A stretch of DNA of 64,000 bases from a virus (IMGVR_UViG_3300022885_000003:50739-114738); one strand, 5' to 3'; positions 19,811 to 29,920 are shown, counted from the stretch's first letter. The notes: generated by a model not told the origin, from the sequence alone. A program made the numbers and translations.

Positions 19811-19876
19811 TCAAAGATAAATGAAAGATATAAAATATATCTTGAAATTTGTTGTACTCATTAGTTATAATTAACT

Positions 19877-20437
19877 ATGACTGAAAATTCAAATAAAATT
19901 GATCTCCAAAATAGAACACGTGATAAGTTTGGTAATATCACTCTGAAACCAGATTCTGGCTGCGAGTTATTATTACATGGAAAAGATATAACTTCCTTTA
20001 TGTTTAATGACGACCCGGAGGTTCATCTCTATAATAAATATATCAAAATTTTATCCGGGTTAGATGACGATGATACGCCATTGTCCATATATAAAGAGCC
20101 GACCGTTACAATTGAAGAATTTGATTCTGAAATACAAAAAAATTGGCTAACACCAGAACCATTCACATCAGCTAATATTGAAGAATTGTTACTTGAATTA
20201 TGCAAAACAGATGAAGAACGCGATCGTGTCAAGGATGAAATGATTTTATTTAGACATTATGAGTTAGAACAAATGTTGCGTTGTTTATTATGGCTCGTGT
20301 CGATAATGCGGAAGAATGGTATTGTTTGGGGAGTTGGGCGTGGGTCATCTTGTGCGAGCTATTGTTTATATCTCTTGGGTATTCATAGAGTGAATTCTTT
20401 GCGTTATAATTTAAATTTTAGAGAATTTCTCAAATGA
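19877..20437 (+). CDS. DNA polymerase III alpha (DnaE)-like fragment
   Basis: GVGRGSSCASYCLYLLGI...LNFREFL motif; ends before the catalytic PDID motif. Confidence 0.82.
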   Translation: MTENSNKIDLQNRTRDKFGNITLKPDSGCELLLHGKDITSFMFNDDPEVHLYNKYIKILSGLDDDDTPLSIYKEPTVTIEEFDSEIQKNWLTPEPFTSANIEELLLELCKTDEERDRVKDEMILFRHYELEQMLRCLLWLVSIMRKNGIVWGVGRGSSCASYCLYLLGIHRVNSLRYNLNFREFLK

Positions 20438-20451
20438 CAGGTTTTTTAAAG

Positions 20452-20459
20452 TATAAATA
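20452..20459 (+). promoter_or_regulatory. Late promoter TATAAATA
   Basis: Exact T4 late consensus. Confidence 0.7.
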
Positions 20460-20494
20460 AAACTATACAGATTAGCCAAGGAGTTAATATAACA

Positions 20495-20944
20495 ATGTCA
20501 CTAGTGAGAACATCAAAAGGCACGCTAATTGATATGGCGGCTTTAGCAACAAAGAATAAAAAAATTGTAGCAGTTTCTGGAGGCGGCGTTTCGATGAACG
20601 CCCAAGGGGATATTCTCGGAAAAGGCGGTAAGGTTATAAGGTCACGTAAAGACCTAGAAGCTGCATACGCTGCCTATACTGAGGCTAATCCACAGGGAGC
20701 AACACAAGTCAATATTCGATCTAAGAATATCACCCCAGATAAATTTAAAAATCGTCGAGCACCAACTGAAGAAAACGAAAAAGTGGTTCTCGAATTGGAT
20801 GATGTTACAAATATGCTAAATGGTAAAGTGCCTGAATCACCCAAACCAGAAGAACCAATTGAAGATAATGATTCTGAAGACGAAAGTAGAGACGAGGAAA
20901 TTGCTAAAAAGTCCCGAAAGCGTAAGACCGTGGAGGAGGAATAA
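20495..20944 (+). CDS. Hypothetical late protein with acidic/basic tail
   Basis: AAGGAG SD, late promoter upstream. Confidence 0.75.
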   Translation: MSLVRTSKGTLIDMAALATKNKKIVAVSGGGVSMNAQGDILGKGGKVIRSRKDLEAAYAAYTEANPQGATQVNIRSKNITPDKFKNRRAPTEENEKVVLELDDVTNMLNGKVPESPKPEEPIEDNDSEDESRDEEIAKKSRKRKTVEEE

Positions 20945-21360
20945 TGAACGCATTGTTGGAATTTGATAATGTGGAAAACAAAAAATGTATTTATAATAGT
21001 CTAAATTCAGACCTTGACGGTACTCTCCAAACAAAGGCATGCCAATTCTACGACGATCTATTTAATATTATGCACAATGTTGAAGAAATAATAAACGACG
21101 ATGAATTTGTTCACCTAGTTCTTCCAATTGCCAAATATGTGATAAGCAATTATGACATTACTAATATTCAAGATTCTGCATTAAAATTAAGCAACTATCT
21201 AAGCCAATTTCTTATATATAAAAATGGATCGAGACATTATGTGGTACCATGTGAAATTATAAAGAATTATCCTGGTAACAAACATATGAAAGATATCGAT
21301 GTCATGATTGTTCTCGCATGTGATTTTATAAATTATTTCCAAGATAGAAAGGGTTATTAA
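20944..21360 (+). CDS. Hypothetical protein
   Basis: TAATG coupling. Confidence 0.65.
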   Translation: MNALLEFDNVENKKCIYNSLNSDLDGTLQTKACQFYDDLFNIMHNVEEIINDDEFVHLVLPIAKYVISNYDITNIQDSALKLSNYLSQFLIYKNGSRHYVVPCEIIKNYPGNKHMKDIDVMIVLACDFINYFQDRKGY

Positions 21361-21362
21361 GA

Positions 21363-21695
21363 ATGTCCGAAATGAAAGAACCTTATGTTCACACAATCAC
21401 CGGTGATGTACAACCATTGAAAGATGGAGTTTTAGTTACTGATATGGAATATGGTGAACAAAAAACTGGTCGCGGTATTATTATACTACATGACGATGGT
21501 AAAGATGCAGGAATTCGCCCACGTTGGTGTACTGTATACAGTGTTGGGTCTGAAGTTGATTATGTAAAGAAGGGTGAGCGCATCCTTGTTGCTCATGCCC
21601 GTTGGACGCGCGGAGTTAAAATTAAAGCTGGTACACCTGAAGAAAAAGTAATTCGAATGGTTGATACTGACGAGATTTTGTTAGTTCAAGAATGA
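21363..21695 (+). CDS. groES: Co-chaperonin GroES-like
   Basis: PLKDGVLV...T.RGIIIL...V..VG...VK.GERILV...EILLV. Confidence 0.85.
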   Translation: MSEMKEPYVHTITGDVQPLKDGVLVTDMEYGEQKTGRGIIILHDDGKDAGIRPRWCTVYSVGSEVDYVKKGERILVAHARWTRGVKIKAGTPEEKVIRMVDTDEILLVQE

Positions 21696-21696
21696 T

Positions 21697-21957
21697 ATGT
21701 TTATCCATAGTTCACCCTCATCGGATGATCCATATGGTCTGTACAATTACCAAATTTTAATAAGAGATCATTATCCGAACGAAGTCGTCAATTGGGTCAA
21801 TAATAAAAATATCACCAAATGGCTTTCAGTTAATTTAATGATAGAAGATTATGGCTATTCATGGATTGAAGAAACTTCTCAAGTTTCATTAGTAATTATG
21901 TTTAGTTTTCATGGTGATTATGTTCAATTCCTAAAAACATTCATATTATGTAAGTGA
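21697..21957 (+). CDS. Hypothetical protein (divergent DA-x-x-FKL module family member)
   Basis: ITKWLSVNL...IMFSFHGDYVQFLKTF. Confidence 0.55.
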   Translation: MFIHSSPSSDDPYGLYNYQILIRDHYPNEVVNWVNNKNITKWLSVNLMIEDYGYSWIEETSQVSLVIMFSFHGDYVQFLKTFILCK

Positions 21958-22373
21958 CTTTCATGGACCAATATAAACAGAGAGTAATCAAGTTTGTTAT
22001 TAATTGTTTAACCGGTTCAATCACAACCGTATTTGTTTTATCTATATATTGCTTACTAATTTGTATTATGGTGTTAATAGCTATTAATGAATCAATAAAA
22101 TACATCATTGACAAAATATACAAATATCAAGAAGATATAATGTATGATTACAATTTTAGAATAGATGAATTTAGAACATGGTCTAAAGGACAAATACCTT
22201 GGTATGCTTGGTATCACCGTAAGCAGCGTGTATACTATGATGAAGAAATGGATGTATTTTTTCCATTAAATGATTTTTTATCAAATGATATTGGTGGGTG
22301 CTATATAACAACCAGTTATAAACTATATTTTTTACGAAAATCAGATCAAGTGTTATACAAATTGAGTTTCTAA
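21954..22373 (+). CDS. Hypothetical protein with TM segment plus DA-x-x-FKL module
   Basis: Hydrophobic N-terminal helix; ends LYFLRKSDQVLYKLSF. Confidence 0.65.
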   Translation: MTFMDQYKQRVIKFVINCLTGSITTVFVLSIYCLLICIMVLIAINESIKYIIDKIYKYQEDIMYDYNFRIDEFRTWSKGQIPWYAWYHRKQRVYYDEEMDVFFPLNDFLSNDIGGCYITTSYKLYFLRKSDQVLYKLSF

Positions 22374-22428
22374 ATTGACTTATTATGACAATAATTGTTA
22401 TAATGATGTATAATTATGGAGATACTAA

Positions 22429-23247
22429 ATGATAACCAATGAAGCAACTAGTATTCGTCGTTCCATGCATCTGAACGTAACGGATATGAAATTCCTATCC
22501 GAAAAAGAACGACTTGTATTTTTAGAAAACAAGTTTATTATAGACATGGAAGATAACAAAGCATCAGAATCACCCATCGAAGAATTCTTTTCAACGATGC
22601 GTGACTCATGTAAGCATTTCTATCATGTAAGTTCTCCCGAGAAGAAAAATGACAGACTTGTTTATTACATTTATTTCTCTTCTAAAGATGATGTGCAGCG
22701 GATACATTCAAAAATATTAAAACCCATGGGGAAAGAGTTGAGTGAAAATGATATAATATTCTTGGATAATGAAACTAAAAGGAATATGTTGAATAATAAA
22801 TTTGCTCTAACTACATTAGAAGACGATGAATCTGATGAGATTGAGTGTCTAAAGCAGATTAGAGCAAAATATAAACACTATTTTTACATTGGTGCCACGG
22901 TTATAAGCAATGATAATAATTATGTAACACGACATATATATTTTGAAAATGCAAAGGATGCAGAAAAAATCAAATCAGAATATTTATCACCAACCAAAGA
23001 ACTCGTAACATCAGATTTAGAATGCCTGCGTGATGATATCAAATCTAAACTTTTGCAAAATAAATTCATTGTGCGAACAAATGAAGAAAAAAGAGATGCT
23101 ATCTTTGAAAATTATAAATCATGGCTTCGAGAAAATTGTGAAAGCTTTTTCTACTTGGGTGATAAGAAATATGATAAAGGTGATTCAGTATTCTATATCT
23201 ATTTTGAAGACCAAGAAGAAGCAAAATTATTTAAACTAACGTTTTAA
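22429..23247 (+). CDS. Protein of three tandem DA-x-x-FKL modules
   Basis: IYFSSKDDV, IYFENAKDA, IYFEDQEEAKLFKLTF; each preceded by L(E/N/Q)NKF. Confidence 0.8.
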   Translation: MITNEATSIRRSMHLNVTDMKFLSEKERLVFLENKFIIDMEDNKASESPIEEFFSTMRDSCKHFYHVSSPEKKNDRLVYYIYFSSKDDVQRIHSKILKPMGKELSENDIIFLDNETKRNMLNNKFALTTLEDDESDEIECLKQIRAKYKHYFYIGATVISNDNNYVTRHIYFENAKDAEKIKSEYLSPTKELVTSDLECLRDDIKSKLLQNKFIVRTNEEKRDAIFENYKSWLRENCESFFYLGDKKYDKGDSVFYIYFEDQEEAKLFKLTF

Positions 23248-23257
23248 GGAAAACCAT

Positions 23258-24196
23258 ATGGAAAACAAATTATGGGTTGAAAAATATAGGCCCGTTGAAT
23301 TAGAAGATTATGTTGTAAGGGATAATGGTTTAAAGGAAGCAATTAAAAGTTGGATTGATAATAAATCTTTGCCAGGAAATATGCTTTTTAGCGGGCATTC
23401 AGGTACCGGTAAAACAACTCTAGCTAAACTAATCCTAAAACAGCTTGGGGTACCGAAAGCAGATATATTAACAATTAACGGATCTAACGAAGGTCGGAAG
23501 ATTGATGTATTGCGTGATAAAATTGAGGGGTTTTGTTCAACTTATTCTTTATCAGGTGGTATGAAGTATGTCTTAATAGATGAGGCTGATTACTTGAATA
23601 AAGAATCAGTTCAGCCAGCATTGCGGCACGTTATTGAAAGATATGAGGATAATATCCGATTCATATTCACATGTAATCACCCAAACAAAATCATGCCTGC
23701 TCTACATTCCAGACTACAGGAAATTACATTCAAAGAACTTGATAAGGAAGAATTTTTAAGCCGCGCATTACAAATTTTACTGGATGAAGAAATTCAGTTT
23801 GAACCAGATGACGTTGTTGAAATTTCAGAACTGACCTATCCAGATTTAAGGAAGTTTATTAATGTTCTACAACAGAATACACGCGCGGGCACATTACATT
23901 ATGTTAAGGATGAGTTATCTACAACAAAAGATTATCTACTAGAAATGCTACCTCTAATTGCTGATGGCAAACTTACAGAAGCGAGGCTATTGGTTTGTTC
24001 TCAAGCATCAGAGGATGAATATGATGATATCTACGAATTCTTGTATAAAAATCCTGAGATATGGGGTGAAGGTGAAGATTCAATTTGCCAAGCTTTAATT
24101 ATTATCGATAAATATTTGTATAGAGATGCCATTGTTGGTAAGAGGGAAATTAATTTAGCGGCTTGTTTTGCGGAATTAAGAACACTTTTGATGTAA
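23258..24196 (+). CDS. Clamp loader ATPase subunit (RFC/T4 gp44-like)
   Basis: LWVEKYRP, GHSGTGKTT, IDEAD, LHSR sensor. Confidence 0.92.
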   Translation: MENKLWVEKYRPVELEDYVVRDNGLKEAIKSWIDNKSLPGNMLFSGHSGTGKTTLAKLILKQLGVPKADILTINGSNEGRKIDVLRDKIEGFCSTYSLSGGMKYVLIDEADYLNKESVQPALRHVIERYEDNIRFIFTCNHPNKIMPALHSRLQEITFKELDKEEFLSRALQILLDEEIQFEPDDVVEISELTYPDLRKFINVLQQNTRAGTLHYVKDELSTTKDYLLEMLPLIADGKLTEARLLVCSQASEDEYDDIYEFLYKNPEIWGEGEDSICQALIIIDKYLYRDAIVGKREINLAACFAELRTLLM

Positions 24197-24280
24197 AGAA
24201 ATATTCAATAATCTCGATGATGTCATCAAGGTAACACACCGGCGAACGTTAAGAACGTTTGTGAATAATAAGGAAAAGAA

Positions 24281-24745
24281 ATGGGAAAATTTAATAATCT
24301 ACGCAATCGGCCATTTATGATGATATCTTTAGTGTACCGACCTAAGGATGGTATCAATACTAGTGTAAAGGGGTGGCAGGAACAGCCACGATCAATGCAA
24401 GTAATTGAAAAAGCAGATTTCTATGATCGAGTAAATGATAAGCATTTTTCAAAATATTCAGTTATTATCGATTTATTTCACGGTGAAGTATTATCGCATA
24501 GAATACCGGAGAAAACAAATCAAGAAGTATTTGATTATTTTACCAATAAATATCGTGATCAAATTAATGAATCGGTTGGTTTGTTTATGAAAAAAATGAG
24601 GGATTCTGGGCGAAAGGACTTGATATTAAAAGAAATGAATAATTTCATTGAGCGATTCAAAGACGTTAGCGGTAACGAAGATCCTACAGATAAACTTGTG
24701 TTAGAAGAAAAAGGATTGGGTGATGCAAAAATTACTATTGACTGA
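24281..24745 (+). CDS. Hypothetical protein
   Basis: AAGGA SD; 154 aa. Confidence 0.7.
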   Translation: MGKFNNLRNRPFMMISLVYRPKDGINTSVKGWQEQPRSMQVIEKADFYDRVNDKHFSKYSVIIDLFHGEVLSHRIPEKTNQEVFDYFTNKYRDQINESVGLFMKKMRDSGRKDLILKEMNNFIERFKDVSGNEDPTDKLVLEEKGLGDAKITID

Positions 24746-25301
24746 TATTGATGAAACTTGCCTAAAGTGGATTGACCCATTCTTTGAATGGGTGGTAAAC
24801 GAAGTTGGCATTGCCCACAAACGGGATCCTAAAGTTTGGGATTTCAAAGATGCTCTAGGTTGTCATACCTCAGATGAATCAGATGCCATTATTAGATGGT
24901 TTAATAATACGCCACATTTTGGACGACTTGAACCATACCCCCATGCAGTTGAAGTAATTAATAAATTGCATGATGAAGGTTGGAAATTTATTGGTATTTC
25001 AACATGTAGTTCGTCTGAAACCACAAAGAGCCTAAGAGAGGAAAACATTAGAAGAGTATTTGGTGACGTATTTTTAGAAGTTCATTGCATTGAGCATCAA
25101 ATCGGTAAAGAATCAATACTACAAGAGTTTCCGGGTACTTGGTGGGTTGAAGATAACACAAATTGGGCAGAGATTTCATTAAAATATGACCATAAGCCAA
25201 TTCTCATAACACAACCATATAACGAGGATTTTAACCACCCTGAGATACCAAAGGTAGCAGACTGGCGGGAAGTTTACGATATTATCAATCAAAGTAATTG
25301 A
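24723..25301 (+). CDS. HAD-superfamily 5'(3')-deoxyribonucleotidase-like
   Basis: LTDIDET motif I, WVEDN motif IV, PYN. Confidence 0.82.
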   Translation: MQKLLLTDIDETCLKWIDPFFEWVVNEVGIAHKRDPKVWDFKDALGCHTSDESDAIIRWFNNTPHFGRLEPYPHAVEVINKLHDEGWKFIGISTCSSSETTKSLREENIRRVFGDVFLEVHCIEHQIGKESILQEFPGTWWVEDNTNWAEISLKYDHKPILITQPYNEDFNHPEIPKVADWREVYDIINQSN

Positions 25302-25412
25302 CACTAAGTATATTTATACTAGCAGAATTCAATTAAAACATAAGTTAAAGTTATTGAAACCAACCGATAAATATTCATAGCAGCCTATATTTAAAACCCC
25401 TTGAAGGAGGCT

Positions 25413-26147
25413 ATGATGAAGACCAAACGTTCTAAACGAGCAACTCGTCGTAATCCACGTGAAGACCGAAACTATTCGGCAACTAGCGAAAAACAATCAT
25501 TTAATGCACCAAAACATATAGCTTTGATTCCCCGTAATCTAAGTCAAGAACATTATGTCAATGCCTTAAAAGATGATACTAAGGCAATTGTTGTTGCAAC
25601 TGGGCCAGCAGGTTGTGGTAAAACCTGGTTAGGATCAATTGCAGCTATCAAAGCATATAACGAAGGACAATGTGATAAAATTGTAATTACTCGCCCTAAT
25701 CGCGCAGTAGATGATAAAGATATCGGGTTCCTCCCTGGTGACATTTTTAAGAAGATGATGCCATGGATGCTACCAATTATGGATGTATTCAAAGAATATT
25801 ATTCACCACAACAGGTAGAAAAAATGCTTGAGGACGAAATCATCGAGGTGTGCCCAATTGCGTATATTCGTGGTCGTACGTTCAAAAATGCATTTGTTAT
25901 TGTTGATGAAGCGCAAGGCACTACAAAAAATTCAATGTTGTCAATTCTAACACGAATTGGTGAAGGATCTAAGATGGTTGTAACAGGTGATGTCCGTCAA
26001 TCAGACATCGGCTCAAGCAACGGTCTACAGGATTTCATTAATCGCTTCGAGGGTTCAGATTTAATTTCAGTGATTAAATTTGAAAGAAAAGATGTTGAAC
26101 GTTCTCCAGTAGTTTCGGAAGTTTTACGAATTTACAAAGAAGAATAA
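25413..26147 (+). CDS. phoH: PhoH-like ATPase
   Basis: GPAGCGKT, IGFLPG, RGRTF, DEAQ, TGD..QSD. Confidence 0.95.
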   Translation: MMKTKRSKRATRRNPREDRNYSATSEKQSFNAPKHIALIPRNLSQEHYVNALKDDTKAIVVATGPAGCGKTWLGSIAAIKAYNEGQCDKIVITRPNRAVDDKDIGFLPGDIFKKMMPWMLPIMDVFKEYYSPQQVEKMLEDEIIEVCPIAYIRGRTFKNAFVIVDEAQGTTKNSMLSILTRIGEGSKMVVTGDVRQSDIGSSNGLQDFINRFEGSDLISVIKFERKDVERSPVVSEVLRIYKEE

Positions 26148-26171
26148 AGCCAAACATCTAAACTTTATTAG

Positions 26172-26207
26172 AACAGCGGGTGCTCAGTGCATCCGCTGTT
26201 TCTATTT
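26172..26207 (+). terminator. Intrinsic terminator after phoH
   Basis: aacagcgggtgc-tcagt-gcatccgctgtt then T-rich tail. Confidence 0.75.
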
Positions 26208-26247
26208 GCATAAATAATATAGTAAATAATGAATAAAAGGTTAGCCG

Positions 26248-26793
26248 ATGTCAGAATTAAAAAGCGATAATTCAGTTAGAAGTTTAACAGACAACGAGAG
26301 TCTTCTAGATGTTATGCTTCAAGTTGAAGATTATTTAGATTCTCTCGATTTATATGCTTTTGCCAATTGGGTTGAAGGTCAAGTAGTTGAAGGACCATTC
26401 ATCCATCGGTATTGGGTTAATCTTGCGTTGTTATATCCATATAAGAAAATGCCTGATCCACGTGGTGGTGAGAGATTGCTCAAATTTGGTACTAAGGTCA
26501 AGTACAAAAAGATTAAGCAAGAAGTCGCGAGCGAAATTCGAGATCAAGGTGATCTAGGTAGCGACGGTCGTCCCAAAATGGAAGAGAAATTAATGTGGAT
26601 TATCTATCTGAAAATTCCACGACGTTTCATTGAAGAGCTTGGTCTATGGGATCTTGATGATTCGGAAGAAGATATTAATGTTGAAGATGTTGAGGATGCT
26701 AAGGACGAAGGCGTCGACGACGAGACCGGTATTACCAATAGTGGTGATATGGAAGATAATGATAGTTTTGAAGAAGACGATTTTGAACTCTAA
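26248..26793 (+). CDS. Hypothetical late protein with acidic tail
   Basis: TAAATA at 26211; 181-aa ORF. Confidence 0.75.
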   Translation: MSELKSDNSVRSLTDNESLLDVMLQVEDYLDSLDLYAFANWVEGQVVEGPFIHRYWVNLALLYPYKKMPDPRGGERLLKFGTKVKYKKIKQEVASEIRDQGDLGSDGRPKMEEKLMWIIYLKIPRRFIEELGLWDLDDSEEDINVEDVEDAKDEGVDDETGITNSGDMEDNDSFEEDDFEL

Positions 26794-26807
26794 GGAGAAA
26801 TAACGAG

Positions 26808-27761
26808 ATGGCAACAGAAGTTCGAAGAAGAAGGGGATCAGAGGCTGAAAATGATGCCTTTACTGGTGCTGAAGGTGAAGTAACAATTATCATTGAGGGC
26901 GGCGGTGTTCCGGCAACTAATGTCATCACAGCCGTGGTTCATGATGGTATTGAAGTCGGTGGGTTTCAATTAGCGCGTAAAACATTGGATAATATTTCCG
27001 GTGTTCCCGCTGATCAAGCCACAGCAAGAACAAATCTTGATCTTGGGTCAGTTGCGACAATAGATACAGGAACCGCTATTGGTGAAGTTCCGGTTAACTC
27101 ATTTGCGGGTGCTTTGGGTTCGGCAGCGTATGAAGCGGTGGGCATCGTTGATCAAACCGTTCCAGTGTTATTAGATTCAGTTGTTAATCCAGGTACGGGA
27201 GCGTTACCAATTATTTCAGCAGAGAACCTAATTAATATTCCTACCACAACTGTTGACACTACTTCTAGAGCTAATAGTGCATTAACGACATATTTAACGT
27301 TATATCAGAATAACTTACCAGCACAGATTTTATCTGATGGATTCATGGATGCGTATGTAGGTTCTGCCTCAGCAACGGTATCTGGCGATGGTGTTTATAA
27401 TTCAGGAAACAAAACATTTGATGATGATGTTGGCGCTACGGGGTTCTTTCTAGATTCAAGCACCTTTACTGCTAAGGTCACTGATCCAGCGGCGGCGCAT
27501 ATTGCAATCCTTATGGCTGGTAGTACAACATTTACCGCTAGGGCAAGTCGGGATGCTGGTACGACATTTACTGATTTTACGCTTGTTAATAGGGGAACAG
27601 TTCTAGATGGTTCCGTAACATTGCTCACGGGGACCGTAGATATCTCAGCACAACCAGCAGGGTCTGGAATGCAGTATCAAATTGAAGTTCCAGCAGCGAA
27701 AGTTATCCAAATTCATGGAACTGCTTTATTCTGGCAGACAGAAGTATTCGTAGGAATCTAA
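26808..27761 (+). CDS. Virion fibre/structural protein
   Basis: N-terminal RRRRG...FTGAEGEV...VHDG...GG module and ARTNLDLG, both common in phage fibres. Confidence 0.75.
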   Translation: MATEVRRRRGSEAENDAFTGAEGEVTIIIEGGGVPATNVITAVVHDGIEVGGFQLARKTLDNISGVPADQATARTNLDLGSVATIDTGTAIGEVPVNSFAGALGSAAYEAVGIVDQTVPVLLDSVVNPGTGALPIISAENLINIPTTTVDTTSRANSALTTYLTLYQNNLPAQILSDGFMDAYVGSASATVSGDGVYNSGNKTFDDDVGATGFFLDSSTFTAKVTDPAAAHIAILMAGSTTFTARASRDAGTTFTDFTLVNRGTVLDGSVTLLTGTVDISAQPAGSGMQYQIEVPAAKVIQIHGTALFWQTEVFVGI

Positions 27762-27762
27762 T

Positions 27763-28479
27763 ATGAAACAATTAGTTGAAGGTTTAAAAACAGGAGATCT
27801 CGACGATCTTGTTCTAAATAGAATTTCAGTTGATGAATTTGAATCAAAAATTGATAATGAAAAAGCTATTGTTATTGGCTTTTTCGTCGATGATAAAGAG
27901 CCAGCAAACGATTTAAGAAACTTTTTAGATAAATCAGCAACAGAATTATTAGACTCGGATCGTTCCCCTGCACCGGATATCGACGGCCAATATATGGTTT
28001 TCGTCGAGTTTGAAAGAAACAGTTCTTTTCCAGAAGAAATGATAAAGATGGTAGAGACGATTGAAAATCTCGTCGATGTGGATGAATGGGTGTTCACAGT
28101 TTATAAAGATAAGGGTCCATTCCCATTAACGGAAGAAAATTTGAAAAAGCATGTTCGTTTAGAACCAAAAGAAGAAAAGGATGACTTTGAAGAAAGCTTC
28201 AAGTATTCTCTAGTCGACTCCGCTGATATAGAAAATAACATTTTGACATTATCCAAAGGGAGAATGGAAGAATCGTTTATTATTGTTAGAGCAGGCCCAT
28301 TTGATCAATTAGAAGTAGCCATTTCTGAATCAAATTATAATTTAAAGAATAGAAATTATATGAAAAACACACTTCGAGAAATGCTTGGAGAAAGTTGGGA
28401 CATTTCAGTCACTGATAAACAAATTGTTTTATATAATATAGTAACGGATTACGCTTTAATTCTTAAAGAGCATGATTAA
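27763..28479 (+). CDS. Hypothetical protein
   Basis: Starts MKQLVEG (possible short propeptide); coupled to the previous gene. Confidence 0.72.
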   Translation: MKQLVEGLKTGDLDDLVLNRISVDEFESKIDNEKAIVIGFFVDDKEPANDLRNFLDKSATELLDSDRSPAPDIDGQYMVFVEFERNSSFPEEMIKMVETIENLVDVDEWVFTVYKDKGPFPLTEENLKKHVRLEPKEEKDDFEESFKYSLVDSADIENNILTLSKGRMEESFIIVRAGPFDQLEVAISESNYNLKNRNYMKNTLREMLGESWDISVTDKQIVLYNIVTDYALILKEHD

Positions 28480-28518
28480 TACTTGATTTTTTTGTAAAAT
28501 CAATTTATAATAAACATT

Positions 28519-28908
28519 ATGGCATACATGTTTAATCCAGAAGACTTTAGATGTACGGGATCGTATAATAGGATTAGTTCATTTAATGTTGGAAAAAATG
28601 GTAACACCGCAACATATGGTGAATGGGCGAAATCTGTTGCGGATTTTTTACCACATCATATATTGTTGAATAATCAACAACTAGGTGATAGTTTTCATCA
28701 CAGACGATGGATTTCATCAAATTGTAATTATTGGTGGACAAATTCAAACCTTACATCTTCTTATCTACTAAGAAAAAATAAAGATATACCCGAAGTGGGC
28801 GGATCACATACACCATTGAATAGTTTGCTATCTATTGTCTCATCAAAAGATTATTATTTGTTTGAAGATAAAAATGATGCAATTATTTTTCGACTATATG
28901 CTTCATAA
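28519..28908 (+). CDS. Hypothetical protein, DA-x-x-FKL module family
   Basis: WISSNCNYWW...YLFEDKNDAIIFRLYAS; TATAAT 7 nt upstream of ATG. Confidence 0.78.
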   Translation: MAYMFNPEDFRCTGSYNRISSFNVGKNGNTATYGEWAKSVADFLPHHILLNNQQLGDSFHHRRWISSNCNYWWTNSNLTSSYLLRKNKDIPEVGGSHTPLNSLLSIVSSKDYYLFEDKNDAIIFRLYAS

Positions 28909-28921
28909 CCCGGGGAAGATT

Positions 28922-29257
28922 ATGGCTGTAAGAGTTTATCTTAACAACTCCAACGAAACCAAAGAAGCTATTGAATGGATTGAGCAGCGTGGTATCAAAT
29001 ATAAGATTCTACGTGGAAACAAAGCAGTCGATCCTGATACTCGAGTAAGGGCTCCTAATATGTGGAGATCTAGTCATCATTCTTATTTCGGTATTGAATC
29101 ATATACAGAAACTGAAAAGGATGAATTCTATCCAAGAATTAGAAACTCTATCTTGTATGAAAATGGCCCCAACACGGAACACAACAAAGACTATTCAGTT
29201 GGATTCGTATTATTTGATGAAAAAGAAGCGATCGAATTTAAACTTATTTACGGCTGA
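28922..29257 (+). CDS. Hypothetical protein, DA-x-x-FKL module family
   Basis: GGGGAAG SD; AIEWIE...[17 protein letters not shown]. Confidence 0.75.
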   Translation: MAVRVYLNNSNETKEAIEWIEQRGIKYKILRGNKAVDPDTRVRAPNMWRSSHHSYFGIESYTETEKDEFYPRIRNSILYENGPNTEHNKDYSVGFVLFDEKEAIEFKLIYG

Positions 29258-29301
29258 ACATAAATAAGATTAATAATGTATTTAACGCTCAAAGGAAAAT
29301 A

Positions 29302-29526
29302 ATGAGTAAACAAGATATAATTCTAGTTCAAGGTGTTATCACCAACGTTCTCCCCAATGCAATGTTTAAAGTAGAACTAGATGATTCAAAACACGTAATT
29401 ATCGGTCATATATCAGGAAAGATGCGGAAGAATAATATCAATATTCTTCTTGGTGACCGTGTTGATGTCGAAATGACACCATATGATCTTACCAAAGGCC
29501 GAATCGTTTTCCGATATAAGAAATAA
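29302..29526 (+). CDS. infA: Translation initiation factor IF-1
   Basis: [10 protein letters not shown]...[31 protein letters not shown]. Confidence 0.96.
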   Translation: MSKQDIILVQGVITNVLPNAMFKVELDDSKHVIIGHISGKMRKNNINILLGDRVDVEMTPYDLTKGRIVFRYKK

Positions 29527-29561
29527 TTTAGATTAAAACGTTACTATCAGTAACGTTGTGC

Positions 29562-29861
29562 CTATCTTGATTTCTTAACAGCTGGTGCGGAAGCAATTCG
29601 GGCCATAACTGCTTCTTGATATGCTTTATTATTATTGAATTGTTTGACATATCCAAGAAATTCTTTGACATTAAATACATCCGTTGATTTAGCTCTTTCT
29701 GCTTTGGTTGACAACTCTTCGAGTTCATCATGTGCAGCAAAAAAATCACTAATTTCTTTTGTATTCAATTTCTCTTGGATTTTTCTAGCGTACATCTGCA
29801 TAGCCATCACGCGCTCTGCTTTGCTGAATGAACTAAAGTTACCCTTTTGATATCGTGCCAT
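29562..29861 (-). CDS. Hypothetical early protein
   Basis: AAGGGA SD; promoter upstream. Confidence 0.7.
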   Translation of the reverse strand: MARYQKGNFSSFSKAERVMAMQMYARKIQEKLNTKEISDFFAAHDELEELSTKAERAKSTDVFNVKEFLGYVKQFNNNKAYQEAVMARIASAPAVKKSR

Positions 29862-29888
29862 GTTCTTTTCCCTTTTTTAATGTAAAGT

Positions 29889-29917
29889 ATTATAACGCGG
29901 CATCAATCCATTGTCAA
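29889..29917 (-). promoter_or_regulatory. Sigma70-like early promoter
   Basis: TTGACA-17nt-TATAAT. Confidence 0.8.
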
Positions 29918-29920
29918 CAG

